Positions 28,502-42,700 of a stretch of DNA of 64,000 nucleotides are shown piece after piece (positions within the stretch are counted from its first letter, which is position 1; the number at the start of each line of letters is the position of its first letter). The stretch is from NCBI RefSeq assembly GCF_009914755.1, contig NC_060931.1; one strand, given 5' to 3'. The notes beneath the pieces were generated by a model, which saw only the letters and a program-made list of their open reading frames with translations, was not told the origin of the DNA and did not search any database. Source of the DNA: the human T2T-CHM13v2.0 reference genome, Homo sapiens. A program made the translations under genes and the position numbers.

Positions 28502-29450
28502 TGTTAGGCAGAATTAAAAGATACTCCCAAGAACACACGACTTCTCTTATCGATCGAGCAACCACGAATCCAAGTGTTGCTGTAAAGGGATTTCACAGAT
28601 GACATTAAGGTTCCAAATCAGTCAACCTTAAAATAGGGATATTATCTAGGTGGCCCTGACCTAATTACATGAGGCCATTAAATCTGAGTCTTGTGGTCAG
28701 AGACGGAGAAAGTCAGAAATTTCAAGTGTGAGAGGGAGCTGGCCCAAGGAAATTCTACTGGCTTTGAGATGGAGGGATCACGTGGCAAGGATGGTCTCTA
28801 TGAGCTAAGTGGCCCACAGCTGACAGCAAGGAAAGAGGTACCTCATTCCTGCAACTGCAACAAACTAAATATGGCTGATGATCTGAATCAGCTTGTAAGT
28901 TTGCTGTTCCCCAAAATTTCCAGAAAGAAGCACAGTTCAACCACCATCTTGATTTCAGTTTCAAGACCCTGAGCAGAGAACTCAATCACATCATACCTGA
29001 ACTTCTGATTTACATAACTGTGCGTTAATCATAAGAATCGTTTTAAGTCATTACATTTATAGTAATTTGTTATATGGTGTATTAGTCCATTTTCATGCTG
29101 CTGATAAAGACATACTGGAGACCAGGCAATTTACAAAACAAAGAGGTTTAATTGGACTTACAGTTCCACATGGCTGGGGAAGCCTCATCATCATGGTGGA
29201 AGGCAAGGAGGAGCAAGTCACGTCTTACATGGATGGCAGCAGCCAAAAAGAGAGAGCTCCTACAGGGAAACTCCCCCTTTTAAAACTGTCAGATCTCAGG
29301 CTTATTCACTATCATGAGAACAGCATGGGAAAGACCTGCCCCCATGATTGAATTACCTCCCACCAGGTCCCTCCCGCAACATGTGGGAATTCAAGATGAG
29401 ATTTTGGTGGGGACACAGCCAAACTGTATCATATTGCAATAAAAACAAAT
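28502..29450 (+). mobile_element. MLT1-type MaLR LTR, interrupted near its 3' end by THE1B
   Basis: tgttaggcagaatt...aagggatttcacagatgacattaagg...accttaaaatagggatattatctaggtggccctgacctaattacatgagg...agtaatttgtta. It resumes as gcaataaaaacaaat after 29431. Confidence 0.8.
29078..29431 (-). mobile_element. THE1B solo LTR
   Basis: tgtattagtccattttcatgctgctgataaagacata...ggggacacagccaaactgtatca. 5-bp TSD tatgg/tattg. Confidence 0.9.
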
Positions 29451-31259
29451 GGTGTTCTAAATACTTTTAGGAAACAAGGGTTAACCTGTGATTAAGACTT
29501 TAATGGGTATTTCTGGTTAACTTGAAAACGAGCTTGCTTTATCTGTAAAAAATATAATCAATTTCCTACAAACACATTTGCAAGAAAATATCAATAGTAG
29601 TAGGTTCATCAAATTCCTCTGGTCATCTGATCATATGGAATTATAAATAAATAATGGTTATATTAATAATATGTAAGTAATGCTTTAGAGTGTCCAATGT
29701 ATTACCACATTCATTATATCACCTGGACCTTATTATAACCAAGTTGAGTAGACAAATTATTATTATTATCTCTTCTTATAGTGCAAGAAATAAATACATA
29801 GGACAAGTGACTGACTCAAAACCAACTTCAAGAATTTGGAGGTGAGCTGGGGTGGCCAGTAGATGACATTCAAGGGCTTTTGACTTCCCTTAAAACCACA
29901 TTTTATTTTCAGGGCTGACTTAAAATGTTTCAGCAAAACATGGGGTTATGTTCCCCTTTCCTATTCTCTTCCAATTTAAAAAAAATAAAAACAACATATA
30001 TTTTTACTTGAAATAAGTGTTTTTTCACCCACATCAACCATTTCTCTTCATCACACAACGTGGAACATTTGAAAGGTATTTTTTAAGCAATATTCAAACT
30101 GGGTTTGTAAAAGTTTGAACTATGGTTTCAAAATGATTGAAGCTGAATGATGAAAAATTGTCAATAACCAATATGGGATCATTAAATAAATCTATAAAAT
30201 CTGAGTTATAGCTATGCACAAAAATTGTGATATATATTTATTCCCATGAGAAGTTTTTTATTCTGTCTGTATACTACAAAGCCATTTGTTTAAAAAAAGT
30301 ACATAAGTGTACATACACATTCACACACATGCACACATATGCAATATGCCCATTTTTTGAAAGAAGTTACCTGTGGAATGTGGGGCATTTAAAAATTACT
30401 TTTCAAAATTTTCTACATTTTATAAATGCTATATTTTATACTACATGTTTATTATCAGAAAAATGGCACTAAAGCCATTTTCATTTCACAAAATAATTTG
30501 ATTGAAACTGTGCCTCAGTCTAGTTGTATCAAAGCAACATTATTATTATTAAACATCCAAGAGTCTTTATGAAAGTTGAGAATTAAATGTAGAGCAAGGC
30601 TCACATCTTCATCAAATCACTCTTTGTTCACATGAAGGCAGCTGGGCACCTGTACCTCACAGGTTGGGCATCTACAGCTTTACTGACCGCTGCCTACGGG
30701 TCTCTCATTGTCCTTGACCACCAGTTTTGACTTGAGTATCAAGTGCCAGTTGACATCCCCAACGGCATCCCAGATGTGGTCAGACACTCAGAGTACCCAA
30801 GTGAGCCTGAGGCAACACTTATGTCCTCTGACGTAAGCGCTGACTCCATTTTTTCAAAGCTCCTACTGAAGTAAGTTAAGGGAAATTGTCTTACTTTACT
30901 TTCTCCTTCATATACTATGAAAATGCCATACTCTGAATTGAGTGTCCCATCTGAATTGCTGAAACATAAATTTCTAGCCAGAGGCAGTGAAATTTGAATG
31001 ACTGCGGGTTCTTTTGACATACTTGAGAAGTAGATGTAACTTGGCTAGGGTTTCAACCACTCACCTTTATTGGAATTAGATCCTTTGGCATCCTCCTCTA
31101 ATAACCCAATGGCATTCAGTCTCTGTGTTCCCTTGTGTCTGCAGAATAAAACTAGGATTCTGATAAAGTATGAGAAACCGTCAGTCTTTGCCTGCCCTGA
31201 ACCAATAAAAATGCACATGAATTTTGCCACTTTATGTTCATTGCCACTGATGTAAAATA

Positions 31260-31967
31260 TGGTCATACCTTGTCATTGGTGGGGGATTGGTTCCAGGAGC
31301 CCTGTGGAAACCAAAATCCATGAATGTTCAAGTCCCTGATATAAACCAGTGTAGTATTTGCATATAACCCACACACATCATCTGCATACTTTAATCATTT
31401 CTAGATTATTTATAATACTGATAGGATTTGGCTCTGTGTCCCCACACAAATCTCACCTTGAATTGTAGTAATTCCCATGTCACGGGAGGGACCTGGTGGG
31501 AGGTAAGTGAATCATGGGGGAGGGTTTTTCCTGTACTGTTCTCACGGTAGTGAATAAGTCTCATGAGATCTGATAGTTTTATAAAGGAGAGTTCCCCTGA
31601 ATACACCCTCTTGCCTGCCACCATGTAAGACGTCCCTTTGCTCTTCCTTCGTCTTCTGCCATAATTGTGAGGCCTCTCCAGCCATGTGGAACTGTGAGTC
31701 CATTAAACCTCTTTCCTTTATAAATTACCCAGTCTCAGGTAAGTCTTTATTAGCAGCATGAGAACAGACTAATACAAATGCCTCATACAATGTGAATGCC
31801 ATGTAAATGGCTGCTATACTGTATTGTTTAGGGAATAATGACAAGAACAAAAGTCTGTACATGTTCAGTACAGATGCAACCATCTGTTTTTCTCTCCTGA
31901 ATATTTTCAATTCAGGTTTGGCTGAATCCACACATGTGGGACGCACAGAAAAGGAGGGCTGACTGTA
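31260..31967. mobile_element. MER2 (TcMar-Tigger MITE), split by THE1
   Basis: gggggattggttccagga...ccaaaatccatgaatgttcaagtccctgatataa...gtacatgttcagtacagatgcaacc...ggagggctgactgta. Confidence 0.85.
31419..31776 (+). mobile_element. THE1 (THE1B/C) solo LTR
   Basis: tgataggatttggctctgtgtcccca...gaacagactaataca. TSD aatac/aatgc. Confidence 0.9.
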
Positions 31968-32734
31968 TTCCATTTAGGGTCAAGTGGGTGGGTGAGTTTT
32001 GGCATGTTGGTGAGGTCGTTTTCCAAAAGGAAAAAAAAGTAATCAAAATGTGAAATAACACAGTATTTTAGAAACTTGAAAAAGAAAATAACTGAATCTT
32101 TAGTCCTAACACTCTATCAGAATTTTTAATTTCTAATTACCTTCTATCCTTTACCCACATGCATATTCATTCATTTTTACATAGTTGCCATCTCATGACA
32201 CTTACCATTTTGCATTCTTATCAAAATGTAATAAGCCACAAGGCTTTCCTTTCCTCAAACCACTCCTGGTCTTCTAAATTGGTTAACATAAGTTGGGTCT
32301 TGTGATGGAGCTGAACACCTGAATTGGCTTAGGCCTAAAACTGCTCAACAGTGAAGTTGAGAGATGAAAGAGAAAAGGTAGAATCCATAAATAGATGGAG
32401 TGAAACTACCTCCTACTTCCTGACTGACGGGATGAGACACAGGTGATTGAAGCTAGTGTGCGCGCATAAGGGGTAGCCATCCTTCCACCTCCCAAGCAGT
32501 ATAACTATACTGAGGAAGAATTTAAAAAGCAAACACCCCTAAATACCTTTAGAAGTTATTCCTCATGTGATTGATAAAGTTTCTGGGCTAGCATACTTGA
32601 AATGCTAGTAATTAGAGTGGAGTTACTTGTGCAGGGTGCTGAGGAAGACAGAAATATTTTATCTTGGAATGTGAAGCTGTGGATGATTCTACCATACTCA
32701 GCATCATAAAGATGGCAAACTCATGTCCTGACTT

Positions 32735-33050
32735 TACTTTTTTTAAAAATAGACTGTATTTCTAGCACAGTTTTAGGTTCACTGCAAAACAGAGTGGGAA
32801 ATAGAGATTTCCTGTATACTCCCTGCCGCCGCACATGCATAACCTCCCCCGTGATCAGCATCTCCCACCAGAGTGGTACATATGTTATAATTAATGAACT
32901 TTCGTTGACACGTCATCACTCAAAGTCCATATTTACATTAGGGTTCATTCTTGGTGTCGTACATTCTATGGATTTGGACAAATGTAGAATGTATCCACCA
33001 TTATAGCCTCATACAGAGATGTTCCACTGCCCTAAAGACTGTCTGTGCTA
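32735..33050 (-). mobile_element. L1MC-like 3' end
   Basis: cagttttaggttcactgcaaaa...ccaccagagtggtacat...agggttcattcttggtgtcgtacattctatgg. Confidence 0.7.
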
Positions 33051-33398
33051 TGACCTCCCTTTTTAAATGGAATTATTTAAAATTGAAGGAAAAAATGTTT
33101 TGATATATCATGCAAGCAAAAAATGTTGATGGAGTATTACAAGTATATCTTGAGTCTGTTCTTACACATGTATTTACAGAGTTTCTCTTTGTCCCCTTTT
33201 ATTTTACTTCCTAGAAAGGAATAATACTCATTTAGGCAAAAATTTAGATACATAAAGCCTTCCATATTTTAGACCTTAGTTGCGAGCTGATTTCTTTTTA
33301 TTATTGTTGTTGTTATTTTTTTGCAGCTTAGCTGGATGGGGAGTTCTTCATTCTAGCCATAGCTCGGGTGTTGAATACAGTCTGCTTAGGTCCTTAGT

Positions 33399-33581
33399 AG
33401 GGCTGGTGATGGCCCATGAAGTGCCCTTGAACAAAATTTCAGAAGGCACCTCTTCCTCCAGGTGAACACAAGCCCACACAGGAGTACACTGGGCATCATA
33501 CAGAGAAGTTCTCCCGACTCTCTCTCTGGCTTGGGCAGCCTTGTGCAGAGCACAATTTGCATCATGATGGACAATAGCCTT
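33399..33581. mobile_element. MER91A-like hAT-Tip100 MITE
   Basis: Starts agggctg; ends ccttgtgcagagcacaatttgca...agcctt. Confidence 0.5.
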
Positions 33582-34159
33582 GGTCCTGACATGTAAGTTT
33601 CCTTTTAAAATTTAGACTCTGTCTGCTTTGTTTGGCAGTCAAGTATCTAGTCTGAAGCCAAATTAGAATCACCTACTCCCTACCAGGCCATCCCATGCCC
33701 CACCAAGAGAGTCTGGCCTGTTAGCAAGTTTCTCTGCCATCCACCTCAGCCACCAGAAAACAGGCCAAGTTGCAGTTACTGAAAAGCCCAGTATATATTG
33801 TGTCTTGAACTCCCCTCAGTGCTTCTAGCTACGTATCCTTGTGGCATGTGTATTTGTACATTTGGAGAAATACGTGGAAGGCAAATAAAGATGTACGCCA
33901 TTTCCATTAGCCAAATTATTTGAAATAGTAATAAAGATGGCTGTCTTAAGTGGGTGTGGGATTAGATATGGGTGTCAGATATCACTGCTGTTTTGCTTTT
34001 CTTTTTTTATATAAAGTGGCTCACAGAATTTTAAGTTAGAACTCATGCTTTCAGAGAGTTTGGCAAACAATAAAAAAGAAATAAAATAACTTGCCCTGGG
34101 TCACCCATCTGGTGACTTATGTTGATGACAGAGTCAATCTTGTATCCCAACAATCTAGA

Positions 34160-34470
34160 TCTCTCCTGTCTAACACAGTAGTCACTAGCCACTTGTGGCT
34201 ATTAAGCCCATGAAATGTAAGTAGTCAGACTGGAAATGTACTATAAGTGTGAAATACACATCAGATTTTAGAGACTCTATGAACAGAAAAAGAATGTAAA
34301 AATATCTCAAATATACTTATTCATTCAATCAGTCATTACACATAGAACAATGAATAGCACAGGCTCAGTCCTGGCCTCTGTGGAGCTTGAAGTATAGTAG
34401 ATATTATTCAAAATGTTCTTTTTTATTGCTTGGACTTTCATATGAATATTTTGATTATATATCTGATATT
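34160..34470. mobile_element. MER33/MER3-like hAT MITE, degraded
   Basis: ctgtctaacacagtagtcactagccacttgtggctattaag...taagtgtgaaatacaca. Confidence 0.6.
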
Positions 34471-34580
34471 CTCAAAGCAGATACCATTGTAGCTCTGCCG
34501 AAATATCGAGGACTGGGATGTGAGCTAGGAGTACGTTACCAATTGCTGCCTGGCCAGGATGAAATTTCTCATCTGTTCTA

Positions 34581-34899
34581 GAGCCTCATTTTTAAATCAA
34601 ATAGGCACTAGTCCCATGTGACTGGTGAATACTTAAAATGTGGCTAGTCCGAATGGAGACATGGTGTAAGTGTAAAATACACACTGAATTTCAAAAGCAG
34701 TATGAAAAAAATGAATATAAAGTATATCATTCACAAGTTTATATTGATTTAGATGGTAAAAATATTTTGTATATATTGGATTAAATAAAATATATTATTA
34801 GAATTAATTTCATCTGTTTATTTTTCCTTTTTTTCACGTGGTTTTAAAAAAGTTAAGATTACGTATGTGGCTCACATTATATTTGTATTGGCCGGTACT
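34581..34899. mobile_element. MER33-like hAT MITE
   Basis: aaatgtggctagtccgaatggaga...taagtgtaaaatacacactgaatttcaaa...tatgtggctcacattatatt. Confidence 0.75.
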
Positions 34900-36489
34900 T
34901 CATATACTAATTTTTTCTACTTCACCAGTGCCAATAAGTATGTTAAATGGAACTTTGCCCTCCAGAAAGCTCTGGAGCAAACAGATAAAGAAACTTGAAC
35001 CTAGCTAGGGAACTGTCAGCTGCCTCAGCCCCTGCTCCCACCTCTTTTTCTGCTTGAAAAGAAGCAGAAAAGAAGGGTCACTTGAAGGGTCACTAGTACC
35101 TTGAGTGATTAGTGAACAAGATTCAAAAGCCTGGGTAGCATGATGCCACGGAGAGACAGTAGAGTTTAATTGGAAAATCTCATTCCTTTGGTCTCAGAGT
35201 TCTTTCTCACTTACTTAATGAAAAATCCAAAGCAAATCATCAGATCTTGCTGAATCTCCATCTCTTTAAGTATAAGTACTAAAAGAATCTGTCCTCCCTA
35301 TTTCAGATAGAATTATAGCAAGTGAGATAAACATATGTGAAATTATCTGATAAGTTGTAAACCATATTGCCATTATCATCATTTATAATAATCATGATAA
35401 TAAATATTTCTGTAAGCAATCAAGAAAAATTGTGAGAGGTAAAAGATTAAAATACCATATTCCTGGAGAAATTCCAAAACCAAGAAAAATTCAAGTAGAC
35501 ATATTAAAACACTAATGTATAAATAGAAAGGTTGACAAAGGAAGAAGAGAGCTAAGGGAATGGGGAACTAGAGAGAAGGCAGGAGAAAGAGTAGAGACAA
35601 TTTGATTTTGGAGCTCACATCTCTACCAATTGCCAGATGCCAGGAGATCACTTTAATATTATCTGCCTTTCCAATGAGTATTCCCTCCTAGGCTCTATTA
35701 AAAAACTACTGATTAAAAATGAAACCCTCACCCTATTTATATTGTGGCCAATTGTTTGGGGATTTCTGTGGTGGCAGGGGGTGGAGAGTAGAACTCTGAT
35801 TTCACACTGCATAAGTTGAAGCTTGTTGAAACAGAGGGGACTCTGTACAATTTCTGGCTTAGCAATACCAGGCACCACACCACTTAGCCCATAATTGCAC
35901 ACTAGTGAAACACAGAGGTTCCATTATTTTTCTGAGGATCGGAGCTGATCCTAACATTCCTGGCTCTCCACCAAACCCCCCAAATCGAAGCAGATTGGAT
36001 GGCCTAAGAAGTCCTATGTAGATGTAGGTTATGCTTGTAGTTGTCTGGGAAGTTTGTTAGAGTGTGGAAAGTGGAGCTATTTTATGCTTACTTGAATGCA
36101 CAAAAGATTCAAAAAGTATTCCAAATCAGAGCTAATTTAAATCAGCAAATACATTTTCCAATGTGCATGGCAAAGAGGCTGATGCCACAGGGAAATTCAT
36201 AAAATGGAAAGAAACAGACTTTGCCCAAAGAAGCTTGCATAAGATATGGACAGATAAAATAATGTTGACTAAAATACTTTTAAAAATAAGACATGTTATA
36301 AAATAGTACATGATCATTTTTTTTCCAAAAAATCTGTACCATCATTTCACTCACATAAGCATAGTTAAATTTGGTTTGGATATAGTCTGTGGGATAAAGG
36401 GGCATAGGCCATTGCATACGTGGAGGTGGCGAAGCCACTGTGGATATCTAAGACACTGTGAGTAAACCTGTCTAAACAGAATGGAAGTT

Positions 36490-36990
36490 TTACACAGCAG
36501 CACTGGAAGATGAGTCCCAGCAAGAGGTAGATGGCATACTCAAGTGGATGCATTGAGGATAATTTCATGAATGCATTATTTAAAATTGCATGAGCTGAGT
36601 TAAGGAATACCAAGGAGAGATGTTGGAACATACTGAGATGAGCAACAAAAAAAGATTTACCACCTTTGGATCTGAGGTGGAAACTAGAAGGGGTCATTGT
36701 CAGAATCTACAGAGAGAAGGAGAGAGCAGCCTGAGGAACAACCTCTAAATACACACAACAACAACAACAAAACAGGCAATGAGGGAGAGAAATAAATAGC
36801 CCAGGCGCATTCTTATCCAACACTTTGAATTCCCGACAGTTCCTCCATTGGCCAAAGCAAAGCAGAAGGCAGACGGCAAACGAATCTATTGATTTTTCCA
36901 TGAAGGTCAGCCTCCTGATAGAGCAGAATAAAGGAGGTAGGAGAGTAGAGCTGGAGGTGCAAATAGAAGATATCCAGAAGAGCTGATAAG
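36490..36990. mobile_element. Old MaLR (MLT1-like) LTR fragment
   Basis: tcccagcaagaggtagatggcatactcaag...cattggccaaagcaaagcagaaggcag...aaatagaagatatccag. Confidence 0.4.
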
Positions 36991-38419
36991 TTAGATCAAG
37001 AAGATATCCAAGGGGCTAGAAGCTTTCCCATGGTGGGCAGGAATGGGGAATGTTTCCAGGTGTCGTTTACTGTCTGCACTCACTAACCCTGTCACAAGCT
37101 TGTTCCACATCTAACTCTTATTGTTCACGTGTCAGAAATAGCTCACTCTGCAAGAACAGAGACCAGAAGCTGTCCTACTGAGTTCCAACATAAAGTACCT
37201 GGGTCAAGGATTAAGGAGCAAGAATTGATAAAATATAGATCCACACGCAACTTTAAGAGCCTGTAAGGATTCTTAAGTATAAAAACATTATTGTTTCTAA
37301 TCTTGAATTTTTGACAGTCCTGAGGTTTGTGTTAATCCAAATTTTGATTAAATTTTGATTGAACTAATCCTCAAATCTGTATTCATTAGTTCGGTAAATA
37401 TGCTTTAGATTTTCTTTTTCTTTTAACTTAGCCAAATATTGACCTGAAACTGTCCAAAAGTTTACTGAGTTTCTGATTAAATATTAAACAGAAAAATGAC
37501 TCCAAGCTATTTAGTGTAGTAGTTTCTCTAATGTGGAAATTTATTTTTTTTTCAAATTTTATGATCCTTCCACAGGTTTTAACATAAAAATAACTAAAGC
37601 ATTATAAACCTCTTATAATTCATGTCAAAAAATGCATGGGCACTGGGTGGCTAGTCACTGAGACACAGTGAGATCTGGTCAAAATTCTGTGCACACTCTT
37701 GGTGGCTCAGCACACCGTATTGAGAACAGACTGTTTCCATAGAGGCTCTACTTTATTCCTAGCTCTGTTGCCTATAATTATTGTAAAGCAGGACTATTTC
37801 CTGCCTTCCTGCCCAAAATAGAAGGAAGCATCCAACTCTGTCAACTCCCTTTGCTCTTGGCATCACCTCTCAACAGGGGTTAGGGTTTCCTGCCAGGAAT
37901 TTCAAAAACAGTAACTGTTTTGGTTTCTTATCCAAAATTCAACTTGCGAGCAAAGAAATGGAGCAAGATCTATAATATAGCCAGGGATTCAGAGAAATTA
38001 CATGTCTTTAGGCCTGGTTAATAGCACCAAGCCGGGGCTAGACTCATTGTGAGAATCAGTTCCAGGTAAGACTTGGTGAGCTTTGGAGTAATTGGGAGCA
38101 ATTGAACACTCTAAAGAGTGTTTTATTAAGTACCGATAGCAAAGAAAATATTCGTTACCCCTGGGGTTTAATGAAAAATTGCACTGAGCATTCCTACACA
38201 CTTCCTCTATGGACCCATGCTACGTTTCCATGGGCACATTGCATTCACAGCCAGAATACTGTTCAACACTAATATGCCTAGCCCTACCTCCAGCCTTTGG
38301 TAGTTCCCGAGGTCACGTCCTTTAGTCATCCAGTGCCTAAAATGAATGTTGTCTAACTACAACAAAACTCTCAACTATCACAGCTAACATTAACTGGATT
38401 TTGTTGTTGTCAATGGTGG

Positions 38420-38625
38420 TGGTTATTCCTTTGGGCTCTAGGCATAATACTAAATGTTTTATATGCTTGTATCTCAGTTAATTTTACTATAAGTCCATTA
38501 GGGGATGACCGTTAGTCCCCATTTTACAAATGGGGAAACTGAGTTTTAGAAAGATCCAGTCATTAGGCCAGGTTCATAAGGAACAGAGCTAGGGCTTAAA
38601 GTAGGCAGTGCTGCACTACTCCCCA
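38420..38625 (-). mobile_element. MIR
   Basis: ccccattttacaaatggggaaactgag core. Confidence 0.7.
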
Positions 38626-39464
38626 TAAGGTCCCCATGGTACGCCCCTCTGAGACCATTTAATGGCACAGTGCAGAATAAAAAGAAGCTTTCCTCATGAC
38701 ACCACCAAATATGAGGGGCAGTTATTTCCAAAGAGGAGGCAGAAAGTGCTAAAAACCATGCTCTGGTATGAAAGACACACTTCCATCAAATGTGTAAGCT
38801 TTAACTTTCAAGAGAGACCGTTTCCTGACTCCTCACCCCTATGCCTGCCCTTGTGAAAGAGACAAACATCTTTGTCTCTTCTGATTGTACACTCCCGGTT
38901 TTTGTTTCTGTGCTTGAGAATCAGCCCTAAAGAATTAAGATCTGACTCTTTTGCCAGAGACCCTGTCCTGACCCTAGAATCATGGTAGCCCCCAGGTAAG
39001 AGGCATTACTCATTTAAAAGGCCAGGGAAGACCCAAATCCTCATACATGCCAAATACTCAAAAGTCCCCTTCATTGGGTCTAGGTTTAAAATTCTTTCAC
39101 GGAAAGCCTATGGCCTTTCATCCCAAGTCTTTGGGCTAAGCACATGAGGAAGAAAAGCCCAAGATGAAGTGGCTGCCCGCCATGGGAGCAATGTCACTTC
39201 TCTCTTTACAACACTAATCTTTCTTTCTCGGTGGGTAGATAGATGATAAATACATGAACAGGTAGATGGATAGAACATTGATATTACATTAAAATTCACA
39301 ATTTAAACATTTTTATATCTTTTACCCCATTTGACTCAGAATTTTGTGACCATCAGAGTGGCCTTAGGGCCTAAGGTACAGGTGGTTGATTCTAGCAGCG
39401 TAATTTGAGAAGCATAAAAATTCATCAGCTATTTCAAATGAACTTAATTTTCTCTTAGTTCTTC

Positions 39465-39760
39465 ATGCATTCATTCTTATGGATATTTATCAAGTGCTTT
39501 GTAGGTGTCAGCCCAGGTGCTAGGGACCAGAGACAGAGCAAAACACAGTGCAGTACCTGCCCTCAAAGATCACAGCCTGGTGGAAGAAACTGACAAACAA
39601 GCTGACAGTAACAGAGAGGATATTGGGGCATTGTGGAAAGAGACAGGAGCAAGAACCTAACTCTTCCTTGGGAGGCAGGGGTGAGTTAGGGAGTTTTTCA
39701 GACACAGTAAAGCCTGCCAAACCTGAAAGACATGAGCAGATATTAGCTAATTTGATAGCA
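39465..39760 (-). mobile_element. L2 3' end
   Basis: cattcattc...atatttatcaagtgc...ccaggtgctagggacc...ctgccctcaaagatcacagcctggtgg. Confidence 0.65.
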
Positions 39761-42700
39761 GAGACAAAGAGGTGCTTGGAACTGGCAGACTACTCAGCAC
39801 AGCGGATCTCCCAAACAATATAGGGGTTTGCAGAACACACTCCCCCAGTAACAACACAAAGGCATATCTTCGTGTGTCTCAAATTCTTTTCACAGAGCTT
39901 TGATTTTCCCCTGACTCCACCCTGCTTCAGCCCGAAAAAATCATTAACTCCAATTTCTGAGTATTACCTTGCCCAGCTGAAGTTTCCATTTTCAAAATCT
40001 CATTCTGAATATGGTACAAAGTTCATTTGACCTACTCTTGCCACCTTATTGGGGATCAGCTCTTTTATGTTTTCATCCTTCCACCTCTACCTTAAGCTGA
40101 ATTCCCATTCATTCCCCATTCTTAATGCTCTCCAAACAGCCTCTTAAAGGATAGTTTGGGTAATTACAAAGAAGTCAGGCCTAGGTTCTAGAGATAAAAT
40201 GTATAAAGAGTATAGTACAGTATTTAGTAAAATGTAGCTTCTGCTAACAACATCCTTACATGACTAGAGTCTCCTAAACAATTTGCAATATGTGTCAGAG
40301 TGAAAAATAAAATAGGCAATGTGGGGAATAGAGTTGCATAAGAAACTAAAGCAGGACTATAGGGAAAGACTGATATGAGGAAAATGCAGGAAAGAGAGGG
40401 CCCTAAGTGACCAGGTGCAACCCAAGGGCAGTGTAAAGACCACAGGAAATGGTAGACAGCGTAGGCTCCTCATAGCACCTGTACCGTAAATGTTCACAAA
40501 TCCATCAGGAAGGAGACAGCTGTGAGAGTTGTCATCATGGACAACTATGACAGGTGAACCAGCTCATGTAAAGATTGGACTAGATGTTTTAAGAGAGAGG
40601 ATTAATGAGCTATATTGGTCAATTCAGATAGTGTAGTAACAACTCAAAGCGTCCATAGCTTTGCCCTAGGATGCCAAGACAAGCGAGAAATTGTGTATAT
40701 TAAGTAAAAAAAAAAAAATGTATAGCAAGCCTACCCAGTGCAGAAAACCATGCAGAACAGAAGCTTAAATGTTGGATTCCCATGGAAAGTACCAATGAGC
40801 TCCTTTATAGACACAGAATGAGCAGGACTCTAGGAACTCAGATTAAAACAAACAAACAAAAAATCAAACATGCTAACAGTTTGCTTGTTCTTTGAACTCA
40901 GTAGAAAAAGCATGTTTTATCCTGTTTTGTTTGCTTTTTGATTAATGTAAAAATTTTTAAAAGTATCTTGGCATTTGAAGACTAAGATCTAGCTAGGTAG
41001 AGGTAACCGTGAACCTCTTTACTCTTGTGTGTCAAAAATTCAGGATAGTAATTAAAACGTTAGTATATGTTCCTTAAGACTTCTAGTAACTGACTATTTT
41101 TGTTATTGTTTTTTCAACATTAAATCTTAAAAGCATTCTTTTCAAGAAATCAATAGCATTAACAGTTATTTCTGTATAAAGTAAAAATTATCTGGAAATT
41201 TAAAAGAAATCAGTTAAGAAAGAAAGTAAACCCTAATAAGTCACCTTATTTATATAGTAATTTATGGCTTAAAAAGATGTTGTGCATATTATCATATTTG
41301 ATCCCAACCATTTTGTGAAGCACACAGGACAGCTTGTGTTATCCCCATCTTCCAGACGTGAAACCTAATCCTCAGAGAAGCTAAATGCCATCAAGAATTT
41401 GACACAGCTAGTAAGAAACAAAACAGAGGCAACGTACCATGTCCTCTAAGTTCTAGTTTCCAAGTTGCATGAACCTTGTCAGTATAGTAACATAATATTT
41501 AACTACTGGTAAAAGGAAGAATGTGGTTGCTTTTAAAATAAAAATAAGCAGTTCCAGCAATCAGCCAAAATTCAATGAGAAAAAATCAGAAGGATAGATT
41601 AGACAAAGCAATGAAGAAAGGAATTCAGAAATGGATGCAAAAGAACTGGGTTTATTACCAACTTATACCAAATATCACAAGGACTTTTATGGAACTATCA
41701 GTGCCCTCGTCTACTCTCCACTCTCTGGGTATGTTTTCCAGGTTAATATTTTTGACAAGGAATGTCAGAAGTTGTCCAATATTGTTAGTGCTGTTATTGT
41801 AGTGAAATTTTGTTAAGAACAATGTAATAGTGGACTCCATCTTATACTTACCTGCTGCTTTTATAATTTTAAGGCATTTACATTTGAATTGTCTCATTTT
41901 CTTCTGTAGGGAGGTAACTGGAACATATAGGATGTGCCATTTAATGGTAGGACACAGTTGCATAAATAGCTCAAAATAACTCAAAAGTCTATCAGTTCAG
42001 CTCTGCTTTCCCTATTCTCAATGTAAACTGTATGCAATTTAGTTCCTTCATCAAACAATAACTATTGCTTGTATGGTCTCAAAAAGAAAGTACTTGATGT
42101 TCGTGTTTATTCATTGTATAGTATTTATTGTAATCATATCAATAAGGCACTGTTTCTATTGGCCAGCTGCATGAGACATGAAAATGTTTTGTTTTACAAC
42201 ATTCTCACTGTATTTTTCATTGTTGCTGTCGTAATGGAATTTTATTTTATATGGCTCTGAATTCCACTATGTGTTTCAGACTTGAAGAGTTTACTTGCAA
42301 GATTTATTCCCTGTGACTGTAGCTTACAAATAAGCTCCACATCTGAATCACCAGTTATGAGACCCAGCAAGAAAAAATTTTATTTCCCAGGTAATTCTGA
42401 TGAGCTATACAATTTGGAAAGAACTCTTCTATGTAATATCCTTTTATTTTATTGTAGACTCAGGTTGAACCATTGTATTTTGGGATTCAGTCAGATTATA
42501 ATTATTATTATAATGGAGTCCTTTCCCACAGACAAAACTAGAAGGCTAATCACATGAGACTTATCTTAGTATGACTCTCAATTTGCATTAAGATTATTTG
42601 ATATAAACCAAGTACTATCCTAGCATATAAAAATGCTTAAGATATAAAAAAATTCATAAATTTTTTTCTGTTCATCATTTACCATTTCTACACACAGTTA

